Shown one piece after another: positions 18,374 through 28,950 of a stretch of DNA of 64,000 nucleotides (positions within the stretch are counted from its first letter, which is position 1; every line of letters begins with the position of its first letter). A program made the translations under genes and the position numbers. The DNA is from Syntrophales bacterium (GTDB lineage Bacteria > Desulfobacterota > Syntrophia > Syntrophales > UBA2210), in assembly GCA_963666365.2 (NCBI GenBank), contig CAXXNF010000002.1, positions 224,001-288,000 of the forward strand, in the 5' to 3' direction. The notes below the pieces were generated by a model, which saw nothing but the letters and a program-made list of their open reading frames with translations, had not been told where the DNA came from and made no database searches.

Positions 18374-21300
18374 ATGCGACGCCTCTGCAGGACAGTTTTT
18401 CTCTCAGCCTGCGTCATTGTTGTCGCAACCTGCGTGGCGGCGGCAGGCTATTATGCCTATCTAAACACGCACCCTGAGATATTGGCAAACTTTGTGGAAG
18501 AGGCCATTGCAAAACGCCTCGGAAAAGCGGTCACCGTTGAAAAGGCGACTGTGTTGCCGGGATTGTCACCGCAGGTGATACTCACCAATGTCACAATTGG
18601 TACGTCCGATGAGCTTTATCTGGCCGCCGAACACCTTGGCGCGCACCTTGCTTTGCATTACATCCTCTTTGGAAAAATAAAAATAGACCATATGGATGTG
18701 CGGCGTCCCGAGATACGGATTCCCTGGCACTGTCTGAAAGGGGGAGCGGCGATAGGTGATTTTGAAGCGCCGCCCCTGGACATAGCCGGGGGAAGAATAA
18801 TTATCACAAAGGAAAGCGCCCATTTGATTATTGACGAAGTGCAGGGATCAATCAGTAAGAATTCCGCGCAGCTGTGCATGCATATCTTGGGGGGAGAGGC
18901 CGCCATAAAGGTGTCGCGGGGGATTGTTTCAGTGCAGGGTACGCTCAATCTCAACAACATAGCGCTCGATCGGATTGATCCCCGGATGAATGGAACCTTC
19001 GATATTAAGTCGGAGTTCCAAGCCGGCATTTTTCGCAAGGTTCTTTCCGTTGCGGCGAATGCGAAGAATGTGCGGCTTCCCTGGCTCAAGGGCACGCTCG
19101 ATGAGGTGAACATCGCGCTCGACGGCAAGGGAACAGTGGGTGGTCTGAATATTGAAAATATCACCCTCAAGACGAAGGTCTTCAATATGGGGGGGAGCGG
19201 CAGGATTTCCCAGTGGACCGGCATAGGCGCGTTTCCCGATTCGCTTCTCGAACTCACCATGCAGTCCTCTGAGGTTGACTATGAAACGCTGGTGGACCTG
19301 CTCCCCCTGAAACATTTTCCCGAGTGGTTATCCCTGTTGCTGGATCGTCAGATTCGTGATGGAACGATTCATTTTTCCCGCGTCGCCTATAAGGGATCTT
19401 TGGGGGATATTTTCACCGCCGATGGTTTAATCAAGGGCCTGACGGTCCGGGCTGCGCTGAAAAATCAAAGTTTCGGCGCCGGTCATGACCCTTCCCGCGT
19501 CGAGCAGATTCAGGGGCAATGCCTGTTCTCAAAGGGACGTATTGCCTTTAGAGATCTGTCAGGGCGGGTCGGGACCTCGTCGATACACTCGGTCAACCTT
19601 GTGTTTTGGGATATCCTTCAGAAAGGGGTGCAGCTTTCCGTGGGCGTGGGTGCGGATATGCCCTTGAGTGATTTTATAACTGCCTGGAAGGCTGTAATGA
19701 CGCCACGGGAACTCTATGACCTGCTGGGGCCGATTTCACATGTTGAGGGAGGCAGAATTGCAGGCAGGGTTGACGCCTGCGCCGATACATCGAAGGGAGA
19801 TGCGACCCTGATCAGGGGAACGGCAACCCTTTCCGGGGCTCACTTCCGATGGCTCGGCTATGAAGTCGAGGCGTCAAAGGCGACGGCACACAGGGGATCA
19901 TATGATGAACCTCTGAAAATTCAGGCCGCCGGATCAGTCCGGGGGCATGTCATTGACTCCCTCGAACTCATCATTCCCCACCCCTTAAAGTCCCCGTCCT
20001 ATGTGTTTTCGCTGTGGACAAAGGAAATCTCCAACATGCCGGGCAGTGCCTTTTTTGAAGGTCATTCACCTATCCAGATCTCGGGAAGAGGCGAGGGGCC
20101 GCATATTGAGGGAGAGGTTCTTTTTTCGGCTGAATCGGTGAGGCTTCTCAGTGAGGGATATCGGCCGAAAGAGGGGATGATCGAGGGTCGAGGAAAGGTA
20201 AAGGCAACGCTTTGGCCGGAGACTGTTGTTGAATTACCTGAACTTGTTTTCACTATGGCGCCGGGAACCTTGAAGGTGCACGGTGCTGTCAAAGGATCTG
20301 CCGGTCGTTTTGGCTTGAAGGGAACGATCGATCTGGCACAGGTCGCTGTGACGGAAGGTGCGAGGTTTGAACCGGAAAAAGGGTTCATTGATGCGGATCT
20401 TGAGGTGACTTGGCGCGAAGAGACCGCGATTACCGGCACTCTCGCTTGTCGGAAGGCATGCCTTGTCCACCGCGGTGAACCACTCGAATTCGACGGTTCC
20501 CTGACGGTTGGGCGTGCCCTCCTTTCGTCTCCGCGCTTCAGCATCACATACCGCGATATGTCGGCGCAGATCGTCGGCGACCTTTCGTTGTCGACGCCGG
20601 AGTCATTTGAAGGGACGGTCAACGTCGACAGCCTCAAAATCGAAAAGAGCTGCGCAGGCAAGGGCGGATGGATGCCTCCCTGTGCCATAAAGAACACGAC
20701 CGTTGTCATCAGCCGTGCACAGGTGTACGGTATTCCCGTGGACAGCATAATCGCCCGTCTCGAGGGCGATGGTGAAAGGCTTTGCGTTATGGACCTCAGG
20801 GCAGATTTATTATCGGGAACCGTCACGGGCAAGGCGGACGTGAAAAAGACAGGCGGGATCGCCGTTGATCTCGATGTTTCGATGGAAAAAATCGACATAG
20901 GAACACTGCTCACTGCCATGTATCCGGAAGAGCCGAAGTTTGACGGGACGGCGACTATCAAGGGACGTCTATGGGGTCCTGTCGATTTGATAAATGGAGA
21001 TATATCATTTGCTGCCGCGGAAGGGCGCATCAAAAAGTATGCGCTTCTTTCGAAAATCTTTGCAGTGCTCAACCCCTACAAGATAATCAGAAGCGGTGAA
21101 ATTGATTTTGCAGGCGAAGGATTTTCATATAATAAGATGGCAGCAACCTTTCAAATCAGAGATGGCATCCTGAGAAGCGATGACTTTTATTTCGACAGCG
21201 ATTCCCTTCAGGCCTCTGCGGCGGGCAGCTATCAGACGAACGACAAAAAAATTGACATGACCGTCATAGTGCAGCCTCTTGAAACGATAGATAAGATAAT

Positions 21301-21517
21301 CGGCCTTATTCCCATTGTGGGCTGGATTGTCACCGGTGAGAAAAACCGATTTGTAGTCATCTGCCTCAAGGTGCAAGGCAGCGCAGACAACCCTTCAATC
21401 ACACTGGCCCCTGTAGATACGATATCGGAACCGGTAACAGGCATTCTGCTGAGAATTCTGAAGCTGCCCGTGGAGATTGTAAGGAATCCCCGAAATATGA
21501 TTCCTTCTCTCAAATAA
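18374..21517 (+). CDS. AsmA-like/YhdP family membrane-anchored protein
   Basis: N-terminal TM, long beta-rich body, C-terminal AsmA_2-type PLETIDKIIGLIPIVGWIVTG; start may be 18347. Confidence 0.75.
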   Translation: MRRLCRTVFLSACVIVVATCVAAAGYYAYLNTHPEILANFVEEAIAKRLGKAVTVEKATVLPGLSPQVILTNVTIGTSDELYLAAEHLGAHLALHYILFGKIKIDHMDVRRPEIRIPWHCLKGGAAIGDFEAPPLDIAGGRIIITKESAHLIIDEVQGSISKNSAQLCMHILGGEAAIKVSRGIVSVQGTLNLNNIALDRIDPRMNGTFDIKSEFQAGIFRKVLSVAANAKNVRLPWLKGTLDEVNIALDGKGTVGGLNIENITLKTKVFNMGGSGRISQWTGIGAFPDSLLELTMQSSEVDYETLVDLLPLKHFPEWLSLLLDRQIRDGTIHFSRVAYKGSLGDIFTADGLIKGLTVRAALKNQSFGAGHDPSRVEQIQGQCLFSKGRIAFRDLSGRVGTSSIHSVNLVFWDILQKGVQLSVGVGADMPLSDFITAWKAVMTPRELYDLLGPISHVEGGRIAGRVDACADTSKGDATLIRGTATLSGAHFRWLGYEVEASKATAHRGSYDEPLKIQAAGSVRGHVIDSLELIIPHPLKSPSYVFSLWTKEISNMPGSAFFEGHSPIQISGRGEGPHIEGEVLFSAESVRLLSEGYRPKEGMIEGRGKVKATLWPETVVELPELVFTMAPGTLKVHGAVKGSAGRFGLKGTIDLAQVAVTEGARFEPEKGFIDADLEVTWREETAITGTLACRKACLVHRGEPLEFDGSLTVGRALLSSPRFSITYRDMSAQIVGDLSLSTPESFEGTVNVDSLKIEKSCAGKGGWMPPCAIKNTTVVISRAQVYGIPVDSIIARLEGDGERLCVMDLRADLLSGTVTGKADVKKTGGIAVDLDVSMEKIDIGTLLTAMYPEEPKFDGTATIKGRLWGPVDLINGDISFAAAEGRIKKYALLSKIFAVLNPYKIIRSGEIDFAGEGFSYNKMAATFQIRDGILRSDDFYFDSDSLQASAAGSYQTNDKKIDMTVIVQPLETIDKIIGLIPIVGWIVTGEKNRFVVICLKVQGSADNPSITLAPVDTISEPVTGILLRILKLPVEIVRNPRNMIPSLK

Positions 21518-21571
21518 GGCAATAACAGACATGCCCGATGTATCGCGGTGGGTTTGGCCACCGTAAAACAC

Positions 21572-21600
21572 TTGACTTGCCCCGGAGATACAGGTATTAT
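21572..21600 (+). promoter_or_regulatory. Sigma70-type promoter for the carboxylase operon
   Basis: TTGACT-17 nt-TATTAT, just after the hairpin cggtgg-gtttgg-ccaccg (21546-21563). Confidence 0.65.
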
Positions 21601-21747
21601 TCACAACTTTAACGCGATGCGTTGATGATGTGTATACGAAATAATATTTGATTTCGACTGGGTAGGGCTTCCTGTTCCCCTGCGGGAGAAGTAGCGGAAA
21701 AGTGAACCCGGTATGCGGTTCTTCGCACACAAAAAAAGAGAATTACT

Positions 21748-23205
21748 ATGGATCATGAAAGAAAAATAAAAAAAATATTGGTGGCAAACCGGGGTGAAAT
21801 TGCCCTTCGCGTTATTCGAACCGTCAAAGAACTTGGATTGCACGCCGTTGCTGTGTATGAAAAACCGGACGGAGAATCGCTTTTTATCCGATTTGCCGAC
21901 GAGGCTATACAGATTGGCGATGGGCCGAGGAAAGATTATCTCGACATAGAGCGAATCATCTGGGCTGCGCGGGTCTGCGGCGCCGATGCGATTCATCCCG
22001 GCTATGGTTTCCTGGCGGAAAACGCCGATTTTTCAGAGGCCTGTGAAAAAGCGGGCATTACATTTATCGGTCCTCCTCCGGATGTAATCCGTAATCTCGG
22101 AGACAAAGTAGTGGCGCGCCAAATTATGGAAAAGGCGGGATTGCCCTTTATTCCGGGTACGGACGATCTTTCTCGGGGCGACGCCGGGGTGCGGGAAGCG
22201 CTGGCTTTCGCTGAAGCACATGGATATCCTATCATGCTCAAGGCCTCCGCCGGTGGCGGAGGAAGGGGCATCAGAAAGGTTGAAAACAGAGAAAAACTGC
22301 TGGTTGAGCTCCCTCATGCACGCAACGAGGCGCTGTCCGCCTTCAATGATGATAGGATTTATGTAGAAAAATGTATTGTTTCGCCCCGCCATGTGGAAGT
22401 ACAGATCCTGGCGGATCAGCTGGGCAATGTTTTTCACCTCGGCACACGCGACTGCTCTATACAGCGGCGTCACCAGAAGCTGCTGGAAATCGCACCGGCC
22501 GATCTGCCGCAGAACGTGCTGGAAGCAATGTGCGAGGCAGCGGTGACTGCTGCAAAAAAATCGGGCTATGTCAATGCGGGTACCGTAGAATTTCTGGTCG
22601 ATCCGAATACACATGAATTCTGGTTCATGGAAATGAACACCCGTCTTCAGGTTGAACATACGGTTACTGAAGTCCTTACCGGAGTCGACATAGTACGAGA
22701 GCAGATAGAAATTGCCGCGGGTGGTCGTCTTGACATATCGAGCGTCCGTTTCCACCTCCTCGGCAAGGCAATCCAGGTCAGGATCAATGCAGAAAACCCG
22801 AAAAGTAATTTCATGCCTGAAGGAGGAAAAGTGGTGGACGTCTACCAGTCACCCGGTGGTCCGGGAATCCGACTGGATGGCATCGTCTATCAGGGATATA
22901 AGGTGCCCACGGATTATGATTCGCTGCTGGTAAAGATGACCGTGCGCGGTTACAACTGGGAACAGACGGTACAGCGTTTAAAACGGGCATTGCACGATTT
23001 TTTGATCGTGGGACCGAAAACAACGATCCCCTTTTATCTTGCCATATGCGATGAGCCGGATTTTCAAAAAGGAGAGTTCGATACGTCCTACATCGAAACG
23101 CATCCGGAAATATTCCGATACCCGGAAACGGAACGGGAAGTGGCAAAGCTCGCCAAGCTGATTGCTGAAATCCATGCGAAAAAGGTCAATCCTTACGCAT
23201 ATTAA
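21748..23205 (+). CDS. pycA: Biotin carboxylase subunit (pyruvate carboxylase subunit A-like)
   Basis: ILVANRGEIA, HPGYGFLAEN, KASAGGGGRG, RDCSIQRRHQK, EMNTRLQVEH, YDSLLVK. Confidence 0.88.
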   Translation: MDHERKIKKILVANRGEIALRVIRTVKELGLHAVAVYEKPDGESLFIRFADEAIQIGDGPRKDYLDIERIIWAARVCGADAIHPGYGFLAENADFSEACEKAGITFIGPPPDVIRNLGDKVVARQIMEKAGLPFIPGTDDLSRGDAGVREALAFAEAHGYPIMLKASAGGGGRGIRKVENREKLLVELPHARNEALSAFNDDRIYVEKCIVSPRHVEVQILADQLGNVFHLGTRDCSIQRRHQKLLEIAPADLPQNVLEAMCEAAVTAAKKSGYVNAGTVEFLVDPNTHEFWFMEMNTRLQVEHTVTEVLTGVDIVREQIEIAAGGRLDISSVRFHLLGKAIQVRINAENPKSNFMPEGGKVVDVYQSPGGPGIRLDGIVYQGYKVPTDYDSLLVKMTVRGYNWEQTVQRLKRALHDFLIVGPKTTIPFYLAICDEPDFQKGEFDTSYIETHPEIFRYPETEREVAKLAKLIAEIHAKKVNPYAY

Positions 23206-23238
23206 GTCCGGCGTTTATATGCCGTTGCAGGAAGAACG

Positions 23239-25188
23239 ATGAGTAGAGGATACAATCAAGGATTTGAAAGAATAACCCCTCGGGAGTTAAAGGAAAAGGG
23301 CGTGCATGACGTGCTGGAGAGAGTGCGGAGCGCCGATGACTACTTTGTAACCAACACGGAACGCGATCTTTCGCAATCCGATTACAAAAACAGAATTATG
23401 CCCCACACGCAGATTCTTGTCTCCAAGGAGCGGAATGCAGCCGGATATTTTTCTCTTGAAATTACCGGCGGCGCCTCCGTGCATGTGGATATGCTGCGAA
23501 AGCAGATGAATCCTCTGGAAAAACTGGAGATGCTCAGCCATTTCATGCCTGATACCATGTTTCAGACTCTGTGCAGGGGGGTTAATCTCTTCGGCTATCG
23601 GCCCTATCCGGAAAATGTGATCCGGCTCACCGTACAAAACTTCGCCCGCTATGTGCATGTATGGCGCGTGTTTGATTTTCTCAATTTCATCCCCAACATG
23701 GTTGCTGTATTCGAGGAAGTGAAAGCGGCGGGCTGTATTCTCGAACCTTCCATATGCTTTTCGACCGGCTCCGAACACACGGATGACTTTTATGTGAAGA
23801 AGGTCGGCGAAATACTGGACGTCACCGGCCCGGATATTGTGCTGTGCATCAAAAACCATGGTGGTTTAGGTACTTCGAAGCGGATCGGCGATCTGGTAAA
23901 AGCGATTCTTGATGCCTACCCTGATTTGATTATTCATTATCACGGCCACAATACGGACGGCGACGATCTCGGACGTATCGTCGCGGCCGTGCGAAACGGC
24001 GCCAAGATCGTTGATGCCAGTGATCACGCCTTTACAGGATTTTACGGACCGCCGCCTATTTTGACCGTCATTGACACGCTGAAAGACTACGGATACAGCG
24101 CAGCCGGTCTTGACAGGGAAATGGTGATAGAAACATCGAACAAGCTTCGTCCTCAACGGGAATATTATAAAGATTTTGAATCACAATTTTTCGGGTTCGA
24201 TCCGACGGTGCAGACACACAAGCTGCCCGGCGGCGCCACGGGATCCAGCTTCGAGCAGGCCGTAAAGGGTGAATTTCTGGATAAGATGCCGGAAATACTG
24301 CAAAGAGAGCTTCCCCAGGTGCAGAAAGAATTAGGCAACTGGTGGAGTGTCACACCGGGTTCGCAGATACTCTGGACAACAGCGGTCAATAATGTACAGG
24401 GAAAAACCCGATATCGCAACGCCAACGACGATCTCAAAAACCTTATGCTGGGGCGTTACGGCGACCTTCCCTTCTACTGGCCCTCCGATGACATATATGA
24501 GGCCGTATTCGGAAAAGATTGGAGGGCAATCGTCGAAAAAGAAAAAGGATATCAACAAATTGGTGATATCGACATTGATATCGAGCGGAGGGTTCTCGAG
24601 CACCGCCTGGGAAGACCGCCGACGGAAGATGAACTGGTGCTCTATCTGCAGCATCCCAATGATGCAGTTGCATTTTTCAAGTTTGAGGAGAACTTTGGAA
24701 AAACCTGGGTGCTTCCACCGGAAATCTGGTTTAAGAAGGGCGGATTCACCTTGGGTGAAAAGTTCGATTTTGTCGACGCATACGGAAAAAATCACATCAT
24801 CGAGATCGGGCCTCAGAGAAGAACAAAACAGGGCGATGCAGTGACTTACCTTGTAATTGATCACCATCCGGAGCCGATTCTTACGGAGCTTGAACCGGAA
24901 GGGGGTCGAACGGAACGACGGACCACGCTGACGGCGAAAGAGATTGAAGAGCTTGCTCAGTCAGGGGATATTCGTTCTCCTCTGAAGGGTGTGGTGAATG
25001 AAGTACCCGTATCCGAAGGCGAAGAGGTCACGGCAGGGCAGGTGATGATTGTTCTTGAGGCAATGAAAATGCTTAACAATGTAGTGTCCGAGATAAGCGG
25101 AAAAGTTGAGGAGGTTGCGGTGGCTCCTGGAGACGAAGTTGATGTGGGCGACCAGCTTATCGTGGTGGCGAAGGGGAAGAAAAAATAG
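23239..25188 (+). CDS. pycB: Carboxyltransferase plus biotin carrier subunit (divergent pyruvate carboxylase subunit B-like)
   Basis: RDLSQS, RGVNLFGY, WRVFDFLN, HGH metal motif, H.LPGG, VTPGSQ, C-terminal EAMKM biotinylation motif. Confidence 0.75.
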   Translation: MSRGYNQGFERITPRELKEKGVHDVLERVRSADDYFVTNTERDLSQSDYKNRIMPHTQILVSKERNAAGYFSLEITGGASVHVDMLRKQMNPLEKLEMLSHFMPDTMFQTLCRGVNLFGYRPYPENVIRLTVQNFARYVHVWRVFDFLNFIPNMVAVFEEVKAAGCILEPSICFSTGSEHTDDFYVKKVGEILDVTGPDIVLCIKNHGGLGTSKRIGDLVKAILDAYPDLIIHYHGHNTDGDDLGRIVAAVRNGAKIVDASDHAFTGFYGPPPILTVIDTLKDYGYSAAGLDREMVIETSNKLRPQREYYKDFESQFFGFDPTVQTHKLPGGATGSSFEQAVKGEFLDKMPEILQRELPQVQKELGNWWSVTPGSQILWTTAVNNVQGKTRYRNANDDLKNLMLGRYGDLPFYWPSDDIYEAVFGKDWRAIVEKEKGYQQIGDIDIDIERRVLEHRLGRPPTEDELVLYLQHPNDAVAFFKFEENFGKTWVLPPEIWFKKGGFTLGEKFDFVDAYGKNHIIEIGPQRRTKQGDAVTYLVIDHHPEPILTELEPEGGRTERRTTLTAKEIEELAQSGDIRSPLKGVVNEVPVSEGEEVTAGQVMIVLEAMKMLNNVVSEISGKVEEVAVAPGDEVDVGDQLIVVAKGKKK

Positions 25189-25279
25189 TAAAAGTAAACT
25201 TTCCTGCCTGCTGCGGCCGTCTGTTCATTGAAATTTCACATGCCTTTTTACTGCGAAAGATGTGCAGGTAAAACTTTTC

Positions 25280-25307
25280 TTGACATTTTAGCTGTTTTTG
25301 GTAACTT
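25280..25307 (+). promoter_or_regulatory. Possible sigma70 promoter upstream of M23-secA
   Basis: TTGACA-16 nt-TAACTT with an extended -10 TG. Confidence 0.4.
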
Positions 25308-25363
25308 CAGTGCGGTTTGCGAATGATGATTGCGAGTGATGCGGTGCGCGTAGAGGACCGGAA

Positions 25364-26287
25364 ATGAAAAAGAGCCATTATACCCTTGTCATCATTCCTA
25401 AGGGTGGAAGGGCAGTGCGGAAAATCAGACTGCCGATACACTTCGCAACACTTATTGTACTTCTCGCCGTTTTATTGGCCGCATCGTTATCATATTTATC
25501 CTGGGATGTCATCACACGCCAAGAGACCCATAAAAAACTCATGAGCCTCAGTTGCATGAATGAATCGCAACGAGATCAGATTGATCTGCTGAGAAGCAAG
25601 ATAGAATTTTTCGAAAAATCCTTCGAAGAAAAGATGGCCGAATTAAATGATTTTGAAAGAAAAATCAGAGTTATGGCAAATCTCGAACCCGAAGAGGACG
25701 GAGGAGTTCCGCTCATGGGCGTCGGTGGCTCGATTCCCGATGACAGTTCCCCGAAAAGCAGGGTTATGGAGATGGAACAGGCCCTTATCAGCGAGATCCA
25801 TAAAAATGTGGATCAGCTTCTTGATGAAGCCTCAATTCAGCAAAAAAGTTTTGCCGAGCTTCTCCAATACCTGGAAAAACAAAAATCGATCCTTGCGTCA
25901 ACTCCCTCTATCTGGCCGGTTATGGGATGGGTGACGTCGGAATTCGGTTACAGGGTTTCTCCGTTTAATGACAGGCGCGAGTTTCACAAGGGGATAGATA
26001 TTGCCGCACGTCTTGGAAAGGAAATACTGGCGCCCGCCGATGGAGTTGTTGCAAAGGTGTCGACTAACGACAGATGGATGGGGAACGTCCTGTGGATTGA
26101 TCACACAAAAGATCTGTCGACCTGCTATGGCCATCTGCTCAAAATAACGGTCGAGGTGGGTCGGAAGGTGAAGCGTGGAGATGTGATCGGCTATGTGGGT
26201 AATACCGGCCGCAGTACAGGAGCACATCTCCATTATTCCGTCATGGACAAGGGCGTTTATGTAAATCCGCGACGGTATCTTTTTTAA
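25364..26287 (+). CDS. M23 family metallopeptidase with N-terminal TM and coiled coil
   Basis: [37 protein letters not shown]. Confidence 0.92.
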   Translation: MKKSHYTLVIIPKGGRAVRKIRLPIHFATLIVLLAVLLAASLSYLSWDVITRQETHKKLMSLSCMNESQRDQIDLLRSKIEFFEKSFEEKMAELNDFERKIRVMANLEPEEDGGVPLMGVGGSIPDDSSPKSRVMEMEQALISEIHKNVDQLLDEASIQQKSFAELLQYLEKQKSILASTPSIWPVMGWVTSEFGYRVSPFNDRREFHKGIDIAARLGKEILAPADGVVAKVSTNDRWMGNVLWIDHTKDLSTCYGHLLKITVEVGRKVKRGDVIGYVGNTGRSTGAHLHYSVMDKGVYVNPRRYLF

Positions 26288-26333
26288 TCCCCGAGTTGCG
26301 AACAGGAATCGTGCGCGAGGAAGTCTCTATTGC

Positions 26334-26361
26334 CCCGGTAACGTCTTTGCCGGGTTTTTTT
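26334..26361 (+). terminator. Intrinsic terminator-like hairpin immediately before the secA RBS
   Basis: cccggtaa-cgtct-ttgccggg followed by a T run. Confidence 0.5.
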
Positions 26362-26372
26362 ATGAGGGAGCA

Positions 26373-28895
26373 ATGTTCAATTACATTCTTAAAATGATCA
26401 TAGGCAGCAAGAATGACAGAGAACTGAAACGATTATCCCACATTGTTGATGAGATAAATGATCTCGAACAGTCCATCAGCCCTCTGAGTGACGATGAACT
26501 AAGGGGGAAGACGCATTTTTTCAAGGAGCGGCTTTCCCAGGGGGCTGAAATTGCCGACATCCTCGTTGAGGCCTTTGCCGTAGTGAGGGAAGCGGCGCGG
26601 CGGGCGGTGGGGATGCGTCCCTTTGATGTCCAGCTGCTTGGGGGGCTGGTGCTGCACGAGGGCAAAATTGCTGAAATGAAGACAGGCGAAGGGAAGACGC
26701 TGGCGGCAACATTGCCCATCTATGTGAATGCTCTCACAGGGAAGGGAGTTCATGTGGTAACGGTAAACGATTATCTGGCACGGCGTGACGCCGAATGGAT
26801 GGGACCGATTTACCGTTTTCTCGACCTGACGGTGGGGAATATCGTCCATGGCCTGAATGACGACGAACGCAGGGCTGCCTACGGGTGCGACATTACCTAT
26901 GGGACCAACAACGAATTTGGATTCGACTATCTCCGCGATAATATGAAGTTCAGAATTGAGGATTATGTGCAGCGTGACTTCCATTATGCGATTGTAGACG
27001 AAGTCGACAGCATTCTTATTGATGAAGCGAGAACGCCGCTCATTATATCGGGGCCGTCAGAGGAGTCGACCGATAAGTATTACCGGATCAATCAGGTAAT
27101 TCCCCACCTCAAGAAGGAAGAACATTACAGCGTCGACGAAAAGAGCAGGACGGTGGTGCTGACTGAATCAGGCGTCGCACGCGTGGAATCACTCCTTAAA
27201 GTTCAGAATCTCTATGAACCGCAAAACATCGAGATACTGCACCATGTAAACCAGGCACTCAAAGCGCATACGCTGTTCAAGCGGGATGTGGATTATCTCG
27301 TAAAGGACGGACAGGTAATTATCGTCGATGAATTTACCGGGCGCGTAATGCCGGGACGTCGATACAGCGATGGACTTCATCAGGCATTGGAGGCAAAGGA
27401 ACATGTTAAAATAGAGCAGGAAAATCAAACGCTGGCCTCTGTGACCTTTCAAAACTATTTCAGGATGTATGAGAAACTGGCCGGTATGACCGGCACCGCC
27501 GATACGGAAGCGGCAGAGTTCAAAAAAATATACAATCTTGATGTGATTGTAGCGCCGACCAATATGCCCATGATCAGAACCGACTATTCCGATGTCATAT
27601 ACAAAACGGAGAAAGAAAAATTCACTGCCGTTATAGATGAGATAAAGGATCTTCACGCGATAAAACGGCCGGTTCTCGTGGGCACGATTTCGATTGAAAA
27701 GTCGGAGCTTTTGAGCCGTCAGCTCGCGAAAAAAGGTATCGCTCACAATGTGCTGAATGCGAAGAATCATGAAAAAGAAGCTGAAATAATTGCACAGGCG
27801 GGGCAACCGGGGGCGGTAACGATTTCGACAAACATGGCCGGCCGGGGAACCGACATCAAATTGGGAGAGGGGGTTGCGGAACTAGGCGGTCTGCACATAC
27901 TCGGCACGGAACGGCATGAAAGTCGCCGTATTGACAACCAGTTGCGTGGTCGTTCGGGACGGCAGGGCGACAAAGGATCATCACGGTTTTACCTGTCGCT
28001 GGAAGACGACCTTCTGAGGATATTCGGCGCCGAGAGGATATCATCGGTCATGGACCGTATCGGAGTAGAAGAGGGCCAGCCGATCGAGCATAAACTTATC
28101 TCACGGGCCATCGAGAATGCACAAAAACGGGTGGAAGGGCAGAACTTCGACATCAGGAAACACTTGCTCGACTACGACGATGTGATGAATCGACAGCGGG
28201 AGGTGATCTATCGGCAGCGCAGGGAAGTACTTGCCGGTACGGATCTGTGGCAGACCATCGATGAAATTCTTGAAGAAGTGACGGATCTTCTGATCGACGA
28301 CTTCCTGGATGAGAAAGTTCGTGCCGATGAATGGAATCTAAAAGCCCTTGAAGATGCCCTGTTCAAACAGTACGCGCTGCGGTTCGGTTTTGACGATCCG
28401 GCCAGGGGCGCCATATCGCGCGACGAGATCCGGGATCGTATCATAGGAGGGGTGAAGGATCTTCTCAGAAATAAAGAAGCAGATTTCGGAAAGCCTTTGA
28501 TGGAGTACATCATACGGGTTATTATGCTGCAATCGCTGGACGCCCACTGGAAAGATCACTTGCTTGCCATGGATCATCTTAAAGAGGGCATAGGACTTCG
28601 CGGATACGGGCAGAAAGATCCCAAGCGGGAATATCAGCGAGAAGGGTACGAGATGTTCATGGACATGGTGTACCGTATAAAGGAGGACACCCTTCATAAG
28701 CTCTGTTTTGTCCAGGTCCGCAGCGAAGATGAGGTGGCCGCAATCGAGCAAAAGCGAAAGCAGGACTATGTCATGAGCCGGGGTGAAGATGAGGCGAAAC
28801 CGCAGCCGGTGAAGAGAAAGGAAAAGAAAGTGGGAAGAAACGATCCCTGCCCCTGTGGGAGCGGGAAAAAATACAAGTACTGCTGCGGAAGATAA
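26373..28895 (+). CDS. secA: Preprotein translocase ATPase SecA
   Basis: [39 protein letters not shown]-terminal [13 protein letters not shown]. Confidence 0.99.
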   Translation: MFNYILKMIIGSKNDRELKRLSHIVDEINDLEQSISPLSDDELRGKTHFFKERLSQGAEIADILVEAFAVVREAARRAVGMRPFDVQLLGGLVLHEGKIAEMKTGEGKTLAATLPIYVNALTGKGVHVVTVNDYLARRDAEWMGPIYRFLDLTVGNIVHGLNDDERRAAYGCDITYGTNNEFGFDYLRDNMKFRIEDYVQRDFHYAIVDEVDSILIDEARTPLIISGPSEESTDKYYRINQVIPHLKKEEHYSVDEKSRTVVLTESGVARVESLLKVQNLYEPQNIEILHHVNQALKAHTLFKRDVDYLVKDGQVIIVDEFTGRVMPGRRYSDGLHQALEAKEHVKIEQENQTLASVTFQNYFRMYEKLAGMTGTADTEAAEFKKIYNLDVIVAPTNMPMIRTDYSDVIYKTEKEKFTAVIDEIKDLHAIKRPVLVGTISIEKSELLSRQLAKKGIAHNVLNAKNHEKEAEIIAQAGQPGAVTISTNMAGRGTDIKLGEGVAELGGLHILGTERHESRRIDNQLRGRSGRQGDKGSSRFYLSLEDDLLRIFGAERISSVMDRIGVEEGQPIEHKLISRAIENAQKRVEGQNFDIRKHLLDYDDVMNRQREVIYRQRREVLAGTDLWQTIDEILEEVTDLLIDDFLDEKVRADEWNLKALEDALFKQYALRFGFDDPARGAISRDEIRDRIIGGVKDLLRNKEADFGKPLMEYIIRVIMLQSLDAHWKDHLLAMDHLKEGIGLRGYGQKDPKREYQREGYEMFMDMVYRIKEDTLHKLCFVQVRSEDEVAAIEQKRKQDYVMSRGEDEAKPQPVKRKEKKVGRNDPCPCGSGKKYKYCCGR

Positions 28896-28950
28896 TTGGG
28901 GTTCCACTATTATTTACAATACTTTGACGCTTAGGGAGATGATGACGAAT

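Noticed and set aside
21601..21747. Long leader of the carboxylase operon as a riboswitch or tRNA
   Set aside because: Only short hairpins; no tRNA T-loop or known aptamer consensus recognised. An Rfam scan would settle it.
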